A stretch of DNA of 63,731 nucleotides, filler included, from Octopus bimaculoides (lineage: Eukaryota), in assembly GCF_001194135.2 (NCBI RefSeq). It is 5 parts of 5 records of this genome, joined end to end, with 100 filler letters (N's around TTAATTAATTAA, not from the genome) between each part and the next. Parts side by side here need not be neighbours in the genome. Positions count along the whole stretch, not along the records: positions 1 to 22,390 come from NC_068985.1; 4 more parts are not named here. One strand, 5' to 3'. Under the pieces are notes generated by a model, which saw only the letters and a program-made list of their open reading frames with translations, made no database searches and had not been told where the DNA came from. The position numbers and the translations under genes are program-made. Below, one piece after another: positions 1-11,430 of this stretch; position 1 is the first letter of the stretch; the number at the start of each line of letters is the position of its first letter.

Positions 1-23
1 TTCTACACGTCTGGTTTTTGTGT

Positions 24-567
24 TTACCAGTTTATAAATGATGCATTTTTTGTGTTTTTTTCTATAATTTCTTTTGGAATGTTTATTTTAACATCATCGC
101 CTTCTTTCGTAAGAAGGGATTTTGTGTCTTTAATTAGTTGTTGTGTGAATGTCACTATTGTTCTTTTTTCCTTTATAGCATCTGCGAAATTTGTTTTTGT
201 TGTGCTGGCGGACATGTTCTTTTGAATATTTTTGTTTATGTTGGTGTTGGTACTGCCGAGTTCAAAGGTGGTGGTAGTGGCAGCAGAGTTTGTTGAACAG
301 GTGGTGGTGTCGGTGCTGACGGCCGATAAAGTTGCGTCCTTGCTGTTGCTGTTGGTGTTGTTGTTGTTGTTGTCGTTGTTGTTGCTGGTGGTGGTGGTGG
401 TGATGATGGCGTCAGCAGCAATGGTGCTTACGTCAGAGACATTTGTGACGGTTTTTACGCATGGTTTTGTAACCTTGGTTACAGTTTTGTTTTTGTTGTT
501 GGTGTTGGTGGTGGTGACAGGGCTGTTAACAGTATCCGTGACGTATAAATTTGCGTCCTTGCTGTTG

Positions 568-599
<32 letters not shown>

Positions 600-603
600 G
601 GTG
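24..603 (-). pseudogene. Thr/Asn-rich low-complexity open frame ending in a more complex segment; possible ORF1 remnant of a Tx1/L1-like LINE
   Basis: About 193 stop-free codons from the gap edge to a stop at 24. The last ~65 aa (KTNFADAIKEKRTIVTFTQQLIKDTKSLLTKEGDDVKINIPKEIIEK) are non-repetitive. The ORF1 assignment rests on recalled resemblance only. Confidence 0.35.
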
Positions 604-1401
604 NNNNNNNNNNNNNNNNNNNNNNNNNNNNNNNNNNNNNNNNNNNNNNNNNNNNNNNNNNNNNNNNNNNNNNNNNNNNNNNNNNNNNNNNNNNNNNNNN
701 NNNNNNNNNNNNNNNNNNNNNNNNNNNNNNNNNNNNNNNNNNNNNNNNNNNNNNNNNNNNNNNNNNNNNNNNNNNNNNNNNNNNNNNNNNNNNNNNNNNN
801 NNNNNNNNNNNNNNNNNNNNNNNNNNNNNNNNNNNNNNNNNNNNNNNNNNNNNNNNNNNNNNNNNNNNNNNNNNNNNNNNNNNNNNNNNNNNNNNNNNNN
901 NNNNNNNNNNNNNNNNNNNNNNNNNNNNNNNNNNNNNNNNNNNNNNNNNNNNNNNNNNNNNNNNNNNNNNNNNNNNNNNNNNNNNNNNNNNNNNNNNNNN
1001 NNNNNNNNNNNNNNNNNNNNNNNNNNNNNNNNNNNNNNNNNNNNNNNNNNNNNNNNNNNNNNNNNNNNNNNNNNNNNNNNNNNNNNNNNNNNNNNNNNNN
1101 NNNNNNNNNNNNNNNNNNNNNNNNNNNNNNNNNNNNNNNNNNNNNNNNNNNNNNNNNNNNNNNNNNNNNNNNNNNNNNNNNNNNNNNNNNNNNNNNNNNN
1201 NNNNNNNNNNNNNNNNNNNNNNNNNNNNNNNNNNNNNNNNNNNNNNNNNNNNNNNNNNNNNNNNNNNNNNNNNNNNNNNNNNNNNNNNNNNNNNNNNNNN
1301 NNNNNNNNNNNNNNNNNNNNNNNNNNNNNNNNNNNNNNNNNNNNNNNNNNNNNNNNNNNNNNNNNNNNNNNNNNNNNNNNNNNNNNNNNNNNNNNNNNNN
1401 N

Positions 1402-1464
1402 GACAGGCAGGCAGGCAGGCAGGCAAGCAGGCAGGCAGGCAGACAGGCAGACAGGCAGACAGAC

Positions 1465-1531
<67 letters not shown>
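1402..1531. repeat. Compound tetranucleotide microsatellite (GGCA)n-(GACA)n-(GATA)n
   Basis: Directly visible. Confidence 0.97.
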
Positions 1532-1532
<1 letters not shown>

Positions 1533-1686
1533 GAACAAATTTTTCATTGTAGTAATAGAATTTTCACTTTCACTTGATATTGCTCTGGCTTTGATCGGTG
1601 TATTTTACGCTTTCCGTTGGGAAATATCCCGAACCGATTTGATAGAATTACTTGTATGCATATTTTAAAATTATTCTTAGAATTAA

Positions 1687-1904
1687 CAAGTAAAGTCAAT
1701 CGCAACATCAAAGTGACTGCTCCATGTTATTACTAGTTTAATCCCAGGCGGATCGTCTGCCAGCTGGTTATGGTGCAACGCTGCCTCCTTTATATACAAT
1801 AGGGTGCAGCGTCAAACCGATAACCAGTTGGTGGACGATCTGCTTGAGATTAAACTAGTAGTAACATGGAACAGTCACTTTAATGTGGCGATTGATTTTA
1901 CTTG
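1687..1904. repeat. Foldback/MITE-like palindrome, ~98-bp arms and 21-nt spacer
   Basis: 1687-1784 is the reverse complement of 1806-1904 with about 14 mismatches and 1 indel (manual alignment). Confidence 0.9.
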
Positions 1905-2839
1905 ATAGTAGTATAGTTACTACTCTGATCTCTTCTTGAGATTTTGCAACTAGCTATTCTTAGAATTGTATTTTAAAAATTACTTGAATTGTCTCCCTTA
2001 GATACTATGCCGTCCAGTTCATTTGTGGTTTAAGTTTACTCACAATATTCGACGAAGCACTGTACTACACTGTACCGCACTACAATACACTTTTACATGA
2101 CACAATACTATGGGGATATACGCAAAAAAGCCACCACTCTCAAGTCTGTCATGGTGTAATGTTTCATCTGTTTGTATCTCTGAACGTTGTTTACAATAAT
2201 ATGAACCAAAAGTCATTAAAATCTTATAAAAACAATTCTGAATAAAGCAGTGATTGAAAGTTAAGGGTAAAGGCAGTAATAATAGTTTTTTGTNNNNNNN
2301 NNNGACGAACTGAAGCAATCGTCACCATTCCTTCAAAAGTAATCGCAAATGATGCAAACACATTTCGTCATAAAAACTTAGAAATCTAGTGAATTCTGTT
2401 AAGCTTATTTCATTCTCAAATGAAACAGTAATATATTTTTACTCTTAAAACTAAACAGTGTTATTATCAGGAATATATTTTTACATTAAAAAAAAATTGC
2501 ACTTTTTTACAGAAAACTTATTGGCGTGTATCTCGCTATATAGATTGTAATACGTCACAGAAGATGTAATGGAAAAAAATAACATTTGATCATGGCGAGT
2601 TACCAAAACCATAGACTGATTTCCGGTTGGGAGTAATAAGAGAAGTATCTTGGCGTGTGACAACACACGCCAAATTCTGGTTTTAAAATTGCAAATGGAT
2701 CTTATCTGTTCGATTATCTCTTCCCCTGAATCTATTTTGTTTCAGCACTCTCTGCCTTCCGTGATTTTAAAGCACACAACTACTCAGTGTTTTCATACTC
2801 TTGCCTATAGAGAATTCTAGCACATTTAACCATCTCTTT

Positions 2840-3348
2840 TACTCTTTTCAGTCATTTGACTGTGGCCATGCTGGAGCACCGCCTTTTGTCGAGCAAATCG
2901 ACCCCAGGACTTATTCTTTGTAAGCCTAGTGCTTATTATATAGGTCTCTTTTGCCGAACCGCTAAGTTATGGGGACGTAAACACACCAGCATCGGTTGTC
3001 AAGCGATGGTGGGGGACAAACAGAGACACACAAACATACACACACACACACACACACATTATATACATATATACGACGGGCTTCTTTCAGTTTCCGTCTA
3101 CCAAATTCACTCACAAGGCTTTGGTCGGCCCGAGGCTACAGTAGAAGACACTTGCCCAAGGTGCAGCAGTGGCGCGGACAACGTTGAGAAAAAAAATTCA
3201 CGAGAAAATAAACAATTCACGCGGACGACGCTGAAAAATTTCTCACGCGAAGAAATGAAAAACTCGGTAGAGGAGTAACAAACATTGGAACCCGGAGCCA
3301 CGCGGCTGGTAAGCAAGCTACTTACCACACAGCCATTCCTACGCCTAT
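2840..3348 (-). mobile_element. tRNA-derived SINE, family A (CORE-like segment, internal CA/TA microsatellite), with a 114-bp insertion
   Basis: Near-identical blocks recur at 29040-29372, 45473-45930, 51866-52308 and 61646-62052. Minus-strand head GGCTGTGTGGTAAG...CCGGGTTC has A/B-box-like motifs; CCTTGGGCAAGT is CORE-like; tail is (TAAAAGAG)-like. Confidence 0.9.
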
Positions 3349-3399
3349 CGTTAACTTTTAGTCTCGTCTCCTACTTGTGTCTTTAACTAATGTATTGAG

Positions 3400-4560
3400 T
3401 CTTCACTCTTGATCTTTCTCTTAACCTTAAAATTATATTTATCTTGCCATTAGAATTTTTGTTCCCAACGGAACCTATCGGATAATCTCTCCACTGATAG
3501 TCAAAACATCTCACTCCATATTAATGCTGCATAACACTCTTCTTCCTCTTAAAATTTTGATATCTTAAGTAATCGGTTTGGTTGGAAACTCTATGCTTGC
3601 TACACTTGGTGGTAAATTCGCCTCACGTTTTACTCATCCAAGATAATTCCTTTTCAACTTATTCGAAACAACCGTCAGCAACCGTTCTATTACCAAATCC
3701 TACAGCTTACATCTCCAAAGTTTACTTACGCCTTTGCTGAAACAATGCAGGCAAAGACCACTTCCAATAAGATCTGAAGGAAATTACCTCTTGTTACCGA
3801 CCGCGAGACTTCCATCTACCACAGTAATATAAATATCTGGAAAGCAATACATATCTTTATGCATATCCCAAATTGCAAGGGGTTCTTTATTCTTCTCCTC
3901 GCCAATAGAATCCCTATACAAACTGGAGGAACTTATTTACTGATCACTCCTTAATCCAGTGGGCTCTACTAACAATGCATTTGCATACATAGCCACAATA
4001 TTTGCTGAAAGCTTCGTATCTGATTCTACTCAGTGCCAACAAAATTCTCTCATATCTCAAAGATTCATAGCAATCATCTACATCATTGCTTGAGTTTGTT
4101 TTCCTCCTCGCTGACCTGCAATATTTTTCTGACGAGACCCAACGAAAAAGACCCAATACCCTACATCTCACTCATGAGGTTTATCACATTTGAGGAACGG
4201 AGCAGTATTATTGCCCAGCAACGTCTTCAGTTATTCCTGCTCTTGACACGAGGATTCTCTAAGAAATTTTCCAACCTGTCTACTTCAACCATCGCTTATC
4301 TATTAGATTAGAAATTTTCAGCCACAGCATTCAATCGCAGCGTGAGTTCTATCCGATCCCCATTTTATTCACTATTTTTACGTGCTTCCAGAGTTCGATT
4401 TCACTTTCTACTTTTTAATAACCACATGTATTCCCTCAGATTATACCATTCTAATTTCTCGATAACCTTTCGGGAATACGTTTCATCCATATGCAAGTCT
4501 TATATGTACCACATCTATCAATAAATATCTTCAATGCATTCTTTAATTGGTACGATGAAA
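3400..4560 (-). pseudogene. Highly decayed Gypsy-like LTR retrotransposon gag/protease relic (tentative)
   Basis: Interrupted frames give EYMWLLKSRK, a degenerate knuckle-like VCKCIVSRAHWIKE, and DLIGSGLCLHCFSKGVSKLWRCK loosely resembling a L-x-D-[ST]-G protease motif. Many stops. Confidence 0.3.
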
Positions 4561-5519
4561 ACCTAGTTTCTTGTTACAGCATAACACCTCTCTATCCATG
4601 AGCTTTACTAAATCTTTCTCAAATTTTGCAAATTCTAGACCGCATAAGATCTTGTCTCTCGCGTTGACCACACATATTACTTAATCAAAAGATGACATCA
4701 AAGTCTAGGCCTTCTCTTCAAAGCTGGAAACTACATTGACTCTGATCAGCTGATAACTATTTTAAAGCACTCTAAAATATTTCTCCTGAGTTAACAGCTT
4801 TTATGGGCACAAACATATTTCATATATAAAATATACTCTGTCCTCCCACTCGACATTTCTTCTTTCCTGCATCCTATGGACACTTCATATCAACTGACAG
4901 GCCGCATTTCCACTAGTTTTATACCAACTATCACTAACAAACAGCACTCATGATACATCAGAGACAGGTAGTGAATGACTAGGCTTTCGACGCCTAGATA
5001 AATTCACCCAATCACAAAAACTGAGCGTATACCGAGCACACCAACTCTTAAAAGATTACCTTCTGAATTGCAAAAGATAACTTCGTGCATTGCACAGTTG
5101 TCGAACTATCTTATCTTTCAAACTGCTGCCAATCATTTTGGTCCCTTACCAAAATATATATACGCCGACTTTGCAGGGTTCCTTTCCTTCCATTTTACAA
5201 CATTTGTTCTGTGAGCAGTAATCTCGCGGAGAAATCCTTCCCCTTCACTGCCCATCCTAGCAGGTGATTTACAGTTTTTCAATAAAATTAATTAAATTTA
5301 AAGCAGGAGAATGACAATTGTTATATTTATAGAATGTGTTTTTTGAGACGACCTAAGTAGAATGACAACGCTTGTTATATGATTTGGTAGACGGTTTCTT
5401 TCTGCGGTAATGATCTATTATTTATTTTGTTTCAAGTAACCTTGAACAGTTAGCTAGGCCAACCTTAAAAAGGCAACCTTGATTACAAGTTGAACAACCG
5501 AAAGAATTATTAAAAGCTA

Positions 5520-5870
5520 TGGGACTTCCTTTCTTTCTTATTCGTTTCAATTTCGCATAATTCTCTTCAAAATGCTTGGATGCATTCAGTGTATTCTTTC
5601 CTCATGTTGCATTATCAACAGCATTTTCCCCTAACTTATCAATTAAATATTATTCTCTTTTCAGATTACATTTGAGGTAGTCTTTGTGTCTTAACTTTTG
5701 TTTATAAAGAAGGCTTTTCTTCCTGGGATATATTTCTGCGTAATATAGTTGCTTTGGAATTCTTTCGTCTTCAATACGATCTGTATCGTCTGCGCACCTC
5801 AGACTACTACGCCGATTTTCGCTCTGGTTTTTCACAATAGCCGTAAGATCTCTGACCGGAAGTGACACTT
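5520..5870 (-). pseudogene. RTE-clade LINE C-terminal fragment
   Basis: RIEDERIPKQLYYAEI...KLRHKDYLKCNLK matches the RTE motif RMEDxRIPKQLFYGEL...RPKLRYKDxLK; the same motif is in the RTE copy at 59160-59270. Confidence 0.8.
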
Positions 5871-6091
5871 CCAGGACTCAGGTGACAAAACATTCATGAC
5901 ATACTATTGCCTTCAAACTTTCCTGATGATTGCCGATGTTATCTCAACCCCTTTATAAAACCGATTGGTAAAATACTTGATATGAGAATAAAATATATTT
6001 TACTAATAATAATATACCAACTCTTTTAATGAACAGATTAGTGTCTGAGTGACTCATTTATTCTGAATTGTCTATTTTTACATTATCGTTC

Positions 6092-6265
6092 AATGCTTGA
6101 AATGAGGAGTAGATAGACAGCCCACAACTGATGAAGGGTCGTTCTTTATGTTACTTGTCCTGTTTTCCATTCGTTTCTCTCGTTGTTGAACTTATTTGTT
6201 TTCGTATTTCATGTTGTTTACTGTTGGTGACATTCTGTCCCCATATATGCATATGTATGTATATA
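6092..6265 (+). repeat. Dispersed repeat copy 1 (putative PLE terminal segment)
   Basis: GGAGTAGATAGACAGCCCACAACTGATGAA...CCCATATATGCATATG recurs at 6880-7065 and runs into a TA microsatellite. Confidence 0.8.
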
Positions 6266-6291
6266 TATATATATATAAATAAATATATATA

Positions 6292-6333
<42 letters not shown>

Positions 6334-6506
6334 TTGATTGAACGCCACATATCCATTTCCAAGTAAGATTATCTTAATCTCTTTGATGCGACTCTACTCT
6401 ATCCTGTTTTCTCCCTCATCATTTTCTCTCTCGTGCTTTCTCTAATTCCCTTTTTTCTCCTCTTCACCGATCTCTATCTGCCTCTCTCTCTCCTTCTTTC
6501 TCCTTT

Positions 6507-6553
<47 letters not shown>

Positions 6554-6844
6554 GCTCACACATGACCATTGTTCATCTTTCTTTTTCTCACGTGATCAGC
6601 TTTCTTTTCTTTCAGGACTGTCCTAAGGACTGGACGTATCCTATCTCTCTCTCTTTTCAAGAAAATATTTCTTTTCCTCCTTTCAAAGAAAATATTTCTC
6701 CAGCATTCACAATTTTACCCTCGTTCTGGTCTAATGACCCTACATGTTTGTTTTCGTTCGGTTTCCTTGTTTGTCTCCACTGTCTTGTTTTTGTTCCCAA
6801 CTTTGACCCTCCATACATCCTAAATTTTATTTTGGTACTTATGG

Positions 6845-7073
6845 GAGCAACTGTCTTCGAAGACTCATATTGTCATTCAATACTCGAAATAAGGAGTAGA
6901 TAGACAGCCCACAACTGATGAAAGTTCGTTCTTTATGTTACTTGTCCTGTTTTCCATTTGTTTCTCTCGTTGTTTGCGTATAGAACTCATTTGTTTTTGT
7001 ATTTCATGTTATTTACTGTTGGTGACGTCCTGTACCCATATATGCATATGTATATGTATATATAAATACATAT
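6845..7073 (+). repeat. Dispersed repeat copy 2 (putative PLE terminal segment)
   Basis: Aligns by eye to 6092-6265 with small indels. Confidence 0.8.
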
Positions 7074-8013
7074 NNNNNNNNNNNNNNNNNNNNNNNNNNN
7101 NNNNNNNNNNNNNNNNNNNNNNNNNNNNNNNNNNNNNNNNNNNNNNNNNNNNNNNNNNNNNNNNNNNNNNNNNNNNNNNNNNNNNNNNNNNNNNNNNNNN
7201 NNNNNNNNNNNNNNNNNNNNNNNNNNNNNNNNNNNNNNNNNNNNNNNNNNNNNNNNNNNNNNNNNNNNNNNNNNNNNNNNNNNNNNNNNNNNNNNNNNNN
7301 NNNNNNNNNNNNNNNNNNNNNNNNNNNNNNNNNNNNNNNNNNNNNNNNNNNNNNNNNNNNNNNNNNNNNNNNNNNNNNNNNNNNNNNNNNNNNNNNNNNN
7401 NNNNNNNNNNNNNNNNNNNNNNNNNNNNNNNNNNNNNNNNNNNNNNNNNNNNNNNNNNNNNNNNNNNNNNNNNNNNNNNNNNNNNNNNNNNNNNNNNNNN
7501 NNNNNNNNNNNNNNNNNNNNNNNNNNNNNNNNNNNNNNNNNNNNNNNNNNNNNNNNNNNNNNNNNNNNNNNNNNNNNNNNNNNNNNNNNNNNNNNNNNNN
7601 NNNNNNNNNNNNNNNNNNNNNNNNNNNNNNNNNNNNNNNNNNNNNNNNNNNNNNNNNNNNNNNNNNNNNNNNNNNNNNNNNNNNNNNNNNNNNNNNNNNN
7701 NNNNNNNNNNNNNNNNNNNNNNNNNNNNNNNNNNNNNNNNNNNNNNNNNNNNNNNNNNNNNNNNNNNNNNNNNNNNNNNNNNNNNNNNNNNNNNNNNNNN
7801 NNNNNNNNNNNNNNNNNNNNNNNNNNNNNNNNNNNNNNNNNNNNNNNNNNNNNNNNNNNNNNNNNNNNNNNNNNNNNNNNNNNNNNNNNNNNNNNNNNNN
7901 NNNNNNNNNNNNNNNNNNNNNNNNNNNNNNNNNNNNNNNNNNNNNNNNNNNNNNNNNNNNNNNTGTCCGGAATAATGATAGTTACTTGGATCCATTATCG
8001 GATAATACCATCT

Positions 8014-8984
8014 CCGTCTTCAGGGAGAATTTTACATTTGAGATATTGACAGGATGGAGCATAAAGATGGGCTGATTTTGTGGGGGAATAAGTGTGTTAG
8101 GAAGGGGAGTTGGGGTGTTTAGATAGAGAGTAGTGGGAGGAGAAAATAGATTTCATGGTTAGGGCTTTTAATGAGGCTAGTGATAGTAGTAGATGTGGAA
8201 GGTGGGATCCCCTGATGTTATTTGTTCTTGTAAACACAGATACTACTCAACTTTCACGCACTTCGTTAATCTATATAATGCTATAAGTTTCCATACACAA
8301 AAAAACTTTAATGTCAACCAAAGTCTGCCTTGCAACCTACCACTTAATAAATACTAACCCCCACCCCGTCTTATTCCTTCTCACATACATCTCAAATTTG
8401 TTACAAATCTTCCAATCAACCACTTCCCACTTTCCTCTTAGCTTCCTCACCCTCCTCAACCTCAAACAGTACTTAACAAAACCCCACACCTTTGAAAACT
8501 AACCAATCTACCTCTACTCCCTCCCTACCTACACCTTTCTATTCAATTTCATACTCCTCCTTTTACCACTACACCCACCTCCAATACCAACCCAATTCCT
8601 TTGTCCCACTTACAACTACTTTTGACTACCTCCTCACACCCTCCCTTAGCTACTGAACCAATCAACTCATTTCCCCCAATTAATAACAAGCCCTTTTCAC
8701 TATCCCAACCTTTGACTCTTTAGCCTTCATACAAAATATCGCAAAGGTCATCATTCACAAACTACCTAAACCACCCTTCCCCCAGTCCTTCCACCTTCCA
8801 CCTCTACTACTATCAATAGCTTCATAAAAAAACCTATTTCTGAAATCTATTTTCTCCTCTCATTACTCTCTATCTAAACACCCCCAACTCCCCTTCCTAA
8901 CACACTTAGTTCCCTACAAAATCACTCCTTCTTTAAACTCAATCCTGTCAACACCTCAAATGTAAAATTCTCCCCTGACGACGG
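8014..8984. repeat. Inverted duplication of ~190 bp (8014-8205 vs 8791-8984) around a C/T-skewed interior
   Basis: GGGAGAATTTTACATTTGAG...GTGTTTAGATAGAGAGTA...GTAGTAGA.GTGGAAGGTGG is present on + at 8014-8205 and on - at 8984-8791. Confidence 0.85.
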
Positions 8985-8989
8985 TCCTC

Positions 8990-8992
<3 letters not shown>

Positions 8993-9041
<49 letters not shown>

Positions 9042-9133
9042 AGTGTGTGTGTGTGTGTGTGTGTGTGCGTGTGTGTGTGTGTGTGCGTGCGTGCGTGTGT
9101 GTGCGCGCGCGCATGTGTGTGTGTATGTGCGTG
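8993..9133. repeat. (GT)n/(GC)n microsatellite
   Basis: Directly visible. Confidence 0.97.
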
Positions 9134-9605
9134 TATAAAATACATGCACAAACTGTAAAACAGTGACTCAAAAATCGAATGCTCAATCCAGACGTGGTAC
9201 CAATACAGCGGAAACATAACAGAAGCATCAAAATCAGTCTTTGACCTTTAAAAGTCCATCTTCCCAGGGATGGTTGTGAGGAGAATTGATAAAATTAAAG
9301 GATTATTTCATGAACATGGCATTCATAGAGAACCAAAATGGCTCACTCCAATAAGGATATCTTTCAACTCTTTTCCAGATTTGAAGCATACCCACAATAG
9401 AAAATGTGCAAAACCCGGTATACAGGTTGCAAGACGGTGACATAGACGATATAACAGTTTGACGTCTCAAGTGAAATATTTTTCTCCTATCAAATTGCTC
9501 TTTATTTCCAAAAGATTTTACTTCCATGGTTTTTCATTCAACCACCAATCTGAAGGAGAACAATTTTAATGTAACCATATCTGTTTCAATCATTTATTTT
9601 TACAG

Positions 9606-9755
9606 GATAGTGTAGAACGGCCTGAAAAGGGTACTCTGAACATTAACCCACCTTTGTTGGCCAATAGATCAAACAAACGCGAAATAAGTTCAACCAGCGA
9701 AAGACTGAAGTGCAAATTACAAGAAGAAATAAGAATGCCTGTTCGCAATAAGTAG
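9606..9755 (+). CDS. Candidate terminal coding exon of an unidentified gene (DSVERPEKGTLNINPPLLANRSNKREISSTSERLKCKLQEEIRMPVRNK*)
   Basis: Acceptor catttatttttacag|GAT, then 49 open codons to TAG at 9753-9755; AATAAA follows immediately. No recognisable homology. Confidence 0.3.
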   Translation, partial: DSVERPEKGTLNINPPLLANRSNKREISSTSERLKCKLQEEIRMPVRNK

Positions 9756-10935
9756 AAATAAAATATTAATCAATACCCTTCTGAAGCATTCTAGAAATAT
9801 CTCATTAACAGAAAATAATTCACAATATAAAGTGAATCGAAGTGGTTCACTACTACTAATGCTTTTGTTAGAAAGTACTAAGGGTGAGAACAAATGAGTA
9901 AGAATGAGAGCGTATTCATTTGAATGCATTCTGTGTGCGTATATATTCGTGTATACATGAAGTGTGCGTGAGTACATACGCGCGCGATAGTACCCGTATG
10001 TACAACATTAAAGAATGTATGTAATCCTATTACATGCATTGTACTTTAGCAGTGAAAGAAACCAGAAAGTTGTAAACAGCGGTAGTAGCATCGGAAATAA
10101 ATGTGGGCGATCGAGTGTGTATTATGTAGGCATTTGTACTTGTAGTATGTGTGTGTGCGTGCGTGTGGATATTTTTATGTGAGTACGTTCGTGCGTGTTG
10201 TAATATATTACATCATAATGACCAAGTAGAATGACCAAAATACTGTGCATTGATCATTCACAAAAATGTCTATAGGTTCTCTTGTCAGTGATTTGCTTCG
10301 AAATTTCAAGGGTTTATTCAATTTTAGCAATTAACCTCTTAATCCCGCCTACATTGACGCCTCCAGATGTTCTCTTTTGTTCCACTGTTTGTATTGTGAA
10401 TTGTCTTCCAATTATATTATGGCGAGGTTGTGAATACTATAGAGCAAACAATAAGTTTCTGGCGTGCTGAGTTTGTCATAGTTTCGAATTACTGTCAATA
10501 ACATCTAACTCTTTAACGAAACTTTAACAGTAAGATATAATTGAATAATTAGCTTGAAAAAAAACATAAATGTCACACAATCTCATTTTCTTTTCTTACT
10601 AATTTATGACATTGTGTGGAAATACATCTGGTACTATCCTTGATAAATCTAGTCTGCTAACCAATTTCGATTCCTTATTGCATCACCTTACATTTACGTT
10701 GTTATTGACCTTGAAAAATATATAGTATGTTCTCGTTTTGTCGTCATTAATCGGAGTTTCCATTATTTTCATAATTTCATAAATCACAGACAATGATAGA
10801 CAAATTCAGTCCTTGATAGTAACTTAGTTTACTGCTTATTAATTTTTTTAGATATTTTTGTCAATGTTTTTTTTAAAGTTTACACTCAATTTTAATATAT
10901 AAATTCATGATTTGATTGTTTATAGCTTAATCATC

Positions 10936-11355
10936 GGTGGAGGCGCAATGGCCCAGTGGTTAGGGCAGCGGACTCGCGGTCATAGGATCGCGGTTTCGAT
11001 TCCCAGACCGGGCGTTGTGAGTGTTTATTGAGCGAAAACACCTAAAGCTCCANNNNNNNNNNNNNNNNNNNNNNNNNNNNNNNNNNNNNNNNNNNNNNNN
11101 NNNNNNNNNNNNNNNNNNNNNNNNNNNNNNNNNNNNNNNNNNNNNNNNNNNNNNNNNNNNNNNNNNNNNNNNNNNNNNNNNNNNNNNNNNNNNNNNNNNN
11201 NNNNNNNNNNNNNNNNNNNNNNNNNNNNNNNNNNNNNNNNNNNNNNNNNNNCTGTGGAGTGCTCAGCCATTAGCACGTTAATTTCACGAGCAGGCTATTC
11301 CGTTGATCGGATCAACTGGAACCCTCGACGTCGTAAGCGACGGAGTGTCAACAAC
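10936..11355 (+). mobile_element. tRNA-derived SINE (family C) with 12-bp target-site duplication
   Basis: A-box TGGCCCAGTGG, B-box-like GGTTTCGATTCCC, (CAA)-type tail; AGCTTAATCATC at 10924-10935 and 11356-11367; central part is an N-gap. Confidence 0.92.
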
Positions 11356-11430
11356 AGCTTAATCATCAACTGAGTTATGGATTAATATATGCGGAGGGAA
11401 AGATGAGTATATATGTGTCGTAAATGATAG

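Noticed and set aside
2650-2673. 10-bp perfect hairpin TTGGCGTGTG-acaa-CACACGCCAA as a Helitron end or terminator
   Set aside because: Spacing to a CTRR end is too short and there is no other support; prokaryotic terminators are not relevant here.
9250-9570. Long frames on both strands (MVVRRIDKIKG..., MEVKSFGNKEQ..., an NPVY-containing frame)
   Set aside because: Interrupted by stops, mutually incompatible and without recognisable homology; kept only as context for the 9606 candidate.
10941-11015. tRNA gene
   Set aside because: It has A/B boxes but continues into a SINE body and is bounded by a TSD; I could not fold a full cloverleaf. The same applies to the other SINE heads.
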